Shown one piece after another: positions 57,981 to 64,000 of a stretch of 64,000 bases of DNA (its first letter is position 1; each line of letters starts with the position of its first letter). Where the stretch lies: NCBI GenBank assembly GCA_040390195.1, contig JAZJYV010000078.1, positions 4,362 to 68,361 on the forward strand, in the 5' to 3' direction. The stretch is from Pseudomonadota bacterium (GTDB lineage: Bacteria > Pseudomonadota > Gammaproteobacteria > Burkholderiales > Burkholderiaceae_D). Position numbers and translations under genes: made by a program. Under the pieces are notes generated by a model, which was not told the origin of the DNA, did no database searches, and saw only the letters and a list, made by a program, of their open reading frames with translations.

Positions 57981-59693
57981 CTACAAATCCCTGCGCAACG
58001 CCGCGTCGGCGAGTGCCCAGCTGCGCTCCAGGTCGCGCTGGGCTGACTGCGCCTCGAGCTGCTTGTCCTGCGCCCGCAAGGCCGCGCCCAAACCCCGCAA
58101 GGCCCAGCCACTGCCCGGATGCACCGACAGGTCGGCGCGATAACTTTGCTCGGCCGCCGCGAAGCGCCGCGCCTGCATCTGCATCGCGCCCAGCCGCTGG
58201 CGCGGTCCGCCGGCCAGCATCGGTGGTTCGCTGGCGTCGGCAGCGTAGGCCGCCGTCACGGCCAGCGCCTGCTGCGCCAGGGCCTCGTCGGTGCGCTTCT
58301 CGGCCAGCGCCAGCTCGGCGCTCAATTGCAGCTGCGCGCTGGCGGCGAGGCTGCGGATCATCTTGTCCATGAAATCGACGCCCGTGTGCTGGCTGGCGAG
58401 TGCGCTGGCACCCGGCTCAAGGCGGGCCAGTGCGGCCCTGGCGCCGGCGCTGTCGCCCGTGCGCGCCATCGCAATGCCGCGCGCCATCTCGCCGAGGGCC
58501 GCCGCGATGCCCTTGCCACCGCTGGGCATCGGCTCCTTGAGCAAGGCATCCCAGCGCTGCAGGTGCAGCAAGGTGAGCATCGGCAGGCTGCGAATGTACT
58601 CGCTGTATTCGTGGTCGCCCTTGGAGTGCGCAGCGGCGGCCCGCGCAGTCTCGAGCGCGAGCGCGCTGCGCCCCTCCATCAGGGCGCCGTACCACTGGAA
58701 GTGACGGTTATGCCCGCGCCAATCCTTGCTGATGCTGAAATTCTGCTTCTTCAACTCGATCGCCATCGCCTCGTCGGCAGCGACGGCCAACTGGTTGACC
58801 CGGGTCGCGTCGGCGTAACGCCCCACCTGGGCGTAGGTGTGGGCCGGCATGTGCAGCAAATGGGGCGACTTGGGCGCCAATTTTCCCAGCCGGTCGGCCG
58901 CAGCGACCGCGCGCCCGGCCACCTGCACCGCGTCGACACTATGAATCATGTAGTGGTTCAGGCCGACGTGTTCGGGATGGCTGGCCAGCCCCGTTTCGAT
59001 GCGCGCCGCCAGCTCGCCGATGCGCCCGGCCGGCTTGCCACTCTCGCGGTCCCACCAGTCGACGCGGGTGGCGACCATCTCCGCTTCGGCGTACATCGAC
59101 AGCACGTCGGGATCATCCGGGAAGCGGTCGGCCAGCTCGCGCATGCGCTCGGCGTAGGCAATGTCGAGCGGATCGGCGCGCTCGCCGCCGCCGGGTGCAG
59201 TGCAGATCTCGCCGGCCAGCGGTGCGATCTCGCGCGCCACGCTGGCATGGCCGTAGCGCAGCGCCAGCGCCGCGATCAGCGCGCGGTCGCGCTCCGAAGC
59301 GGCGCCGCTGTGGCGCAGCGCGTAGTCGACGTACTGCACCGCCTCGCCCAGCTCGCCGCGCTTGGTGTCGTTGATGTTCGGTCCCAGTTGCGAGGCCACG
59401 CCCCAGGCGCACAGCGCACAGTCGGGGTCTTGCGCGAGCGCGGCCTTGAAAGCGCGGATCGCTTCACGGCCGTTGAACGCGTACACCTGCGCCATGCCCT
59501 GTGCGAACAGCGGACGCGCGGCGGCATTGATCTGCGACGGCGCCATGCTGGTGGCGCCAAAGCCGTCGAGCAGCGGCGCCGTGGCCTTGCTGTCGGGCCG
59601 GAACGGCAGCAGCGAACAGGCACCCACGGCGAACAGCGCCAGGGCCAGGGCGCACAGGCGCTGGGCGCCGCGGGTGGGGGGACGGATGCGCAT
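57981..59693 (-). CDS. TPR-repeat lipoprotein
   Basis: ATG at 59693 after an AAGGAA RBS. Lipobox LFAVGAC, then Ala/Leu-rich helical repeats throughout. Confidence 0.72.
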   Translation of the reverse strand: MRIRPPTRGAQRLCALALALFAVGACSLLPFRPDSKATAPLLDGFGATSMAPSQINAAARPLFAQGMAQVYAFNGREAIRAFKAALAQDPDCALCAWGVASQLGPNINDTKRGELGEAVQYVDYALRHSGAASERDRALIAALALRYGHASVAREIAPLAGEICTAPGGGERADPLDIAYAERMRELADRFPDDPDVLSMYAEAEMVATRVDWWDRESGKPAGRIGELAARIETGLASHPEHVGLNHYMIHSVDAVQVAGRAVAAADRLGKLAPKSPHLLHMPAHTYAQVGRYADATRVNQLAVAADEAMAIELKKQNFSISKDWRGHNRHFQWYGALMEGRSALALETARAAAAHSKGDHEYSEYIRSLPMLTLLHLQRWDALLKEPMPSGGKGIAAALGEMARGIAMARTGDSAGARAALARLEPGASALASQHTGVDFMDKMIRSLAASAQLQLSAELALAEKRTDEALAQQALAVTAAYAADASEPPMLAGGPRQRLGAMQMQARRFAAAEQSYRADLSVHPGSGWALRGLGAALRAQDKQLEAQSAQRDLERSWALADAALRRDL

Positions 59694-59774
59694 GCCAATT
59701 TCCTTTGGGCGGGAGTGCGGGCGCGGCCGCGATGGCAGCACCGGAGTTGTCATGTTAGCATGCTTGCCGGCGCA

Positions 59775-60788
59775 TCAATCGGGTGTTTCGACCAGATAGC
59801 CCTTGGCCTGCAGGGCCATCACGTAGCCCGTCGGATCGAGGATATTGCGGATCGGAAGCGTCGCAAAAGTCGTCGCATTGGCCGCCAGGGAGGCTTCGGC
59901 TGCCGCCAGCCACGCCTGCTGCATGCGCACCTGGAGCGACTGCATGCCCGGCTGCGACTTGAGCAGGGCGCTGTCCATCACGGCAGCGTCGCAGGCTTGC
60001 TCGCGGTCCGCATAGCTCAATTTCTGGATCGCCTCCAGGTCGCCCTTGGCCCAGGCGTTGGCACGCACCTGCATGGCGTCGATGTCCGTTTCGAGCCGAT
60101 CGAGGGTACGCGAAAAACAGGCCGTGTCGTCCAGCGCCGACTTCTTGAATGCCTTGATCATGGCCGCCGGATCGTCGAATTCAAGCTTGACGTCGGACGC
60201 CGTGGTCTTGATCTTGTTCTTCCTGGCGATGGCGTCGATCGCCATATTCACTTCGTGGCCCGACGACAGCCCGGCGTGCTGCAAACCCGCGTTGAACAAG
60301 GTGTTGGCCACGAAGATCGGGCGCTCGCGCTCGATGCCCTCGTCGTTGCCGATGTATTTCTGTTTGAGCACTTGCCAGCGTGCGTAGTCCGCGGCCGGCA
60401 GCACGTCCTTCAGCTGCGCACCATCGGGATTTTTCCGGATGCCGAACGCATACGGCAGCAGCGTGAGTGTCCTGAAAAACCCCAGCTTTGCCGTCGCCGA
60501 GGGCGCCGTCAAATATTCCTGCGACTGGGCCAGGATGGTCTCGACCTGGGTTGAGCGCCAGACCATGTTCCTGGGCAGCGGCGAGTACAGGCCGAACACC
60601 CACAGCACGTGCCCGTCCCTGGAAATTTTCCACAGGCCGGGGCCAGGGCGCTGGCCCACCACCAGGATTTTTTCGGCGGCGGCCTCGGACGCCTCGGTCT
60701 CGGTCTGGCAATGCGCCGGCGCCATCAGCATGCCAAGGCACAGCGCCGCAACGACGCGTTGCAACATGATCGTCATCCTTTTTCTCAT
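59775..60788 (-). CDS. TraB/GumN family protein, secreted
   Basis: Signal peptide followed by GPGLWKISRDGHVLWVFG. I recall W.I...G..V.L.G.H as the characteristic GumN N-terminal motif. Confidence 0.75.
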   Translation of the reverse strand: MRKRMTIMLQRVVAALCLGMLMAPAHCQTETEASEAAAEKILVVGQRPGPGLWKISRDGHVLWVFGLYSPLPRNMVWRSTQVETILAQSQEYLTAPSATAKLGFFRTLTLLPYAFGIRKNPDGAQLKDVLPAADYARWQVLKQKYIGNDEGIERERPIFVANTLFNAGLQHAGLSSGHEVNMAIDAIARKNKIKTTASDVKLEFDDPAAMIKAFKKSALDDTACFSRTLDRLETDIDAMQVRANAWAKGDLEAIQKLSYADREQACDAAVMDSALLKSQPGMQSLQVRMQQAWLAAAEASLAANATTFATLPIRNILDPTGYVMALQAKGYLVETPD

Positions 60789-60928
60789 CCTTTTTCCGCG
60801 AAGCCCAGAGCGTACTGTCTTTACGGTGGTTCGAGAATGCGCGAAACAGGTTGTTACAACTATGTCAATAAAATCATCGCCGTGCAGGTGAGCTCGCTCA
60901 GCGCCAAACCGGCCGGCTCGGGTTTGGA

Positions 60929-63900
60929 TTAGCGCGCCGCCGCGCAGACCTGGTTGCGGCCCTGGCGCTTGGCCTGGTACAGATTCTGGTCAGCCAGCTC
61001 GAGCAGCTCGGCCAGGCTGGCGTCCTGGTGCGCGACCATCGCCGCCAGGCCGGCGCTGAAGGTGATCACTGCGCCCGCGGCGCTGTCGGCGTGCCTGAGC
61101 GCCAAGGCTTCGACCTTGTGGCGCAGCTGCTCGAGCACCAGGGCCGCCTGCTCCAGGTCCTGCCCGTACAGGATGACGACGAATTCTTCGCCGCCGTAGC
61201 GCGCCACGAAGTCGCCGCCGCGCCGCAAGCCGTCCTGCAGCGCCAACGCCACCGAGCGCAGGCAGACGTCGCCGGCCAGGTGGCCGAACTGGTCGTTGTA
61301 ATCCTTGAAGTGGTCGATGTCGACCAGGGCCAGCGCCAGCCACTCGTGCTGGCGCTGGGCGCGCTGCCACTCGCTGGCGGCGACCTGGTCGAAGCGGCGC
61401 CGGTTGGCGATGCCCGTCAGGCTGTCGCCGATGCTCAATTCAGTCAGGCTGCGGTTGGCCAGGCGCAGCGCGCGCTCGGCCTGCTTGCGCGCCGTGATGT
61501 CCTGCAACACCACGACCATGCCGCCGCCGGCCTTGCGCTCGTCGATCAATTTGATGTTCAGGCTGCACCAGACGGCGCCCCCGTCCTTGCGCCGGAACTG
61601 GCGCGCGCCGACCGCTTGCGCGCCCCCGGCCAGCTGGCGCTCGAGCCGGCGCCAGCGGCGCTCGTATTCAAGGTCCGAGAAGAACAGGATGCGCAGCGGC
61701 TGGCCGGCCAGTTCGCCCGCCGCGTAGCCGAGGATGCGCTCGAAGCTGACGTTGCAGCGTTCGATCACGCGGCGCCGCTGGAAGGCGATTCCGGTCAGCG
61801 CATTGTCGAGGATCGCCTGCTGCTCGAGCAGCGCGCGCTGCAGCTCGTCGGTGCGCAGCTGCACCAGGCCGGCCAGGCGCCGTTCGTTCCGGCGCAGGCG
61901 CGCCAGGCGCCAGCGGTAGGCCAGCGCAAGCGCGCCCAGCAGCGCCAGCGTGACGAGCGTGCGCCACCACCAGGTGGCCCAGAACGGCGGCGGCACCGTG
62001 ATCGCCAGCGTCATCCCCGGTTCGCCCCACAGGCCGTTGTTGTTGGCCGCCTTGATCCGCAACAGGTACTGGCCCGGCGCCAGCTTGGTGTAGCTGGCCG
62101 TGCGGTGGGCGGCGTCGGTGCCGATCCAGCCGCTGTCGACGCCGTCGAGCCGGTAGGCGTAGCGGTTGCGCTCCGGGTCGGCGAAATGCATGGCCGCGAA
62201 TTCGACCGAAAACGAGGCCTGGTCCCAGGCCAGCGTCAGGTGGCGCGGCGCGCCGACCGGGCCCTCGAGCAGCACCGAAGCCGGGCGCGGCATGGTGCGC
62301 AGCGAACGGTTCGCCACCGCCAGGTCGACCAGCGCCACCTGCGGCGCCAGCGTGTTGCTGCGCAATGCGTCCGGGCGCACCGTGGTGAAACCCTGGGTCG
62401 AGCCGAACACCAGGCTGCCGTCGGCGTCGAGCAGCGCCGCGCCGTCGTAGAAGTCGCCGCCGCTGATGCCGTCCGAGGCATGGTAGTACTGGCCGGCGCC
62501 GCTGGCCGGGTCGATCCGGATCAGCGCCGCCTCGCCGCTGGCGGTGGCGCCGGCCGCCCACAGGCGCCCGCTGGCGTCACCCTCGATCGACTCGATGTAC
62601 ACCGAGGCCAGCCCCTCGAGGGCCGGCGCACGAAAGTGCAGGCGCCCGTCCTCGCCCTCGACGGCCTCGTTCAAGCCCTTCAGGGTGCCGACCCAGACCC
62701 GGCCCTGGCGATCCTGGTACAGACTGCGCACGAAGTTGTTCGACAGGCTGCCGGCTACCCGCTCGTCGTGCCGGTAGCGCACGAACTTGCCGCTGGCCGG
62801 GTCCTGGACGTCGAGTCCGTCGCCATGTGGATTGCCGATCCACAAACGGCCCTTGCGGTCTTCCAGCATCACGCTCACGGCGGCGCGCGCGGCGCCGTCG
62901 ACGCCTGCCGGATCGTAGGCGACCGGCGTGGCAGTGGTGCGCCGCGGGTCGAAGCGCAGCACGCCGCCGTCGGTGCACAGCCACAGCATGCCGCCGCGCC
63001 CGGCCACGATCTTCTGGACCGCCGTCGCCCGCGCCAGCGGCACGCTGGCAAACGGTCCGTCGGGCCGGTCAAGCCGGGACAGGCCCGACGGACCGCCCAC
63101 CCACACCGGTCCCGCGCCCTGCTGAAGCACGGCCTGCACATAGGTGCTCGGCAGGCTGCCGCGGCGGGCGGGGTCATGGCGCCAGCTGCGCACGACCTTG
63201 CCGCTGGCGCGGTCGTACAGGCGCAAGCCGCCCGGACCGCCGAGCCAGATCCGCCCACCCCCGGCGCGCGAGAGCGTGACGATCACGTTGTCGGCCGACC
63301 GGCCCTGCTCGGCCTCGGGGATGAAGCGCTCCAGGCCTTCACTGCCCAGGTCGGTGCGCGCCAGGCCCGCGCCCCAGGTGCCGACCCACAGCGTGGCGCT
63401 GCGGTCGACCAGCATGCTATACACGTGGTCCGACGGCAGGCTGTGCAGGTCGCCCTGCTGGTGGCGGTAGCGCGCGAACTGCCGGGTCCGCGCATCCCAT
63501 TGCAGCAGGCCCGCGCCCTGGGTGCCGACCCAGACCGTGGCGTCGGGGCCGAGGTGGATCCCAAATACGCTGTACGGCGCCGGGCCGTCCGGCCCCGGCA
63601 GCGCCGCGCGGCTGGCCCAGGCGCTGCCCGGTCGCCACAGCACGATGCCGCGGTCGGTGCCGATCCACAATTGCTCGCTGGCGTCGAACTGCAGCGCGCT
63701 GACGCTGGCCACGCGCGGGCCCGGCCCCTGATTCAGGTCGAAATGCTCGAACACGGCGCTGCCGGGGGCCAGGTAGTCCAGGCCGGCGGTGCCCACGCTG
63801 AGCCACAGGCCGCCGTGCGCGTCGCGCGCCAGCGCCCCCACCTGGTCGCTGGCCAGGCTGGTCGCGCGCGCCGGATCGTGCACATGGCGCAAGAAACGAC

Positions 63901-64000
63901 CGCTGGCGCTGTCGACATGGTTCAAGCCATGGCGCGTGCCCAGCCACAGGCCATCCTTGCCGTCGTCGGCGATGCTGCCCACCAGCTCGCCGGCCACGCC
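60929..64000 (-). CDS. two-component-regulator-propeller / Y_Y_Y / TM / PAS / GGDEF diguanylate cyclase (N-terminus beyond the window edge)
   Basis: Repeated LW(V/I)GT..GL propeller blades, a Y_Y_Y-type region (YAYRLDGVDSGW), a TM helix and a PAS domain. The GGDEF domain has an RGGD I-site and a canonical RYGGEEF. The ORF is open at coordinate 64000. Confidence 0.88.
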   Translation of the reverse strand, partial: GVAGELVGSIADDGKDGLWLGTRHGLNHVDSASGRFLRHVHDPARATSLASDQVGALARDAHGGLWLSVGTAGLDYLAPGSAVFEHFDLNQGPGPRVASVSALQFDASEQLWIGTDRGIVLWRPGSAWASRAALPGPDGPAPYSVFGIHLGPDATVWVGTQGAGLLQWDARTRQFARYRHQQGDLHSLPSDHVYSMLVDRSATLWVGTWGAGLARTDLGSEGLERFIPEAEQGRSADNVIVTLSRAGGGRIWLGGPGGLRLYDRASGKVVRSWRHDPARRGSLPSTYVQAVLQQGAGPVWVGGPSGLSRLDRPDGPFASVPLARATAVQKIVAGRGGMLWLCTDGGVLRFDPRRTTATPVAYDPAGVDGAARAAVSVMLEDRKGRLWIGNPHGDGLDVQDPASGKFVRYRHDERVAGSLSNNFVRSLYQDRQGRVWVGTLKGLNEAVEGEDGRLHFRAPALEGLASVYIESIEGDASGRLWAAGATASGEAALIRIDPASGAGQYYHASDGISGGDFYDGAALLDADGSLVFGSTQGFTTVRPDALRSNTLAPQVALVDLAVANRSLRTMPRPASVLLEGPVGAPRHLTLAWDQASFSVEFAAMHFADPERNRYAYRLDGVDSGWIGTDAAHRTASYTKLAPGQYLLRIKAANNNGLWGEPGMTLAITVPPPFWATWWWRTLVTLALLGALALAYRWRLARLRRNERRLAGLVQLRTDELQRALLEQQAILDNALTGIAFQRRRVIERCNVSFERILGYAAGELAGQPLRILFFSDLEYERRWRRLERQLAGGAQAVGARQFRRKDGGAVWCSLNIKLIDERKAGGGMVVVLQDITARKQAERALRLANRSLTELSIGDSLTGIANRRRFDQVAASEWQRAQRQHEWLALALVDIDHFKDYNDQFGHLAGDVCLRSVALALQDGLRRGGDFVARYGGEEFVVILYGQDLEQAALVLEQLRHKVEALALRHADSAAGAVITFSAGLAAMVAHQDASLAELLELADQNLYQAKRQGRNQVCAAAR

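Noticed and set aside
60904-60927. Hairpin ccaaacc-N9-ggtttgg just downstream of the GGDEF gene stop, considered as a possible terminator.
   Set aside because: The stem is only 7 bp, with no U tract on the transcribed strand.

Overview
High-GC chromosomal window, probably from a betaproteobacterium (Burkholderiales or Oxalobacteraceae-like; this is inference from gene content). About 50 genes can be supported. In order: (1) housekeeping genes (nadK-recN, gloA, osmC, tolC-rhodanese-pcm). (2) A visibly AT-richer accessory patch at about 10.1-15.1 kb holding an IS3 transposase remnant, a terminase remnant, two secreted proteins of unknown function (one PEP-CTERM) and a DUF4148 protein. Its core is bracketed by a 23-bp near-perfect inverted repeat with reiterated TTCAAGAAT motifs. 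(3) Six co-directional signalling genes at 18.0-29.5 kb: HAMP-GAF-GGDEF-EAL-REC, a PstS-like binding protein, a PAS kinase, an HD-GYP protein, an aldehyde dehydrogenase and a hybrid kinase. (4) The most interesting region, 29.5-45.0 kb, is a polyuronate utilisation locus. It encodes a TonB-dependent receptor, a PL5-like lyase, an unrecognisable 621-aa secreted protein, a CHMI-like tautomerase, a LacI regulator with a clear operator and promoter set, uronate dehydrogenase, mutarotase, lactonase, an MFS transporter, KdgD, alpha-ketoglutarate semialdehyde dehydrogenase and a GntR regulator. It has no glucarate or galactarate dehydratase, no cycloisomerase, and no KduI/KduD/KdgK/Eda. This suggests an undescribed oxidative shortcut from lyase-derived unsaturated uronates straight into KdgD. 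(5) More housekeeping genes (uppP, recQ, trmB, fabI-like). (6) A tRNA-Gly(CCC) with a decayed integrative-element scar (Fic and integrase fragments), followed by secreted or sensory proteins and a partial Y_Y_Y-PAS-GGDEF gene. A REP/BIME-like palindromic element family occurs three times. I saw no rRNA, no CRISPR array and no recognisable defence system. Many long ORFs in the track are antisense shadows typical of high-GC DNA and were rejected.
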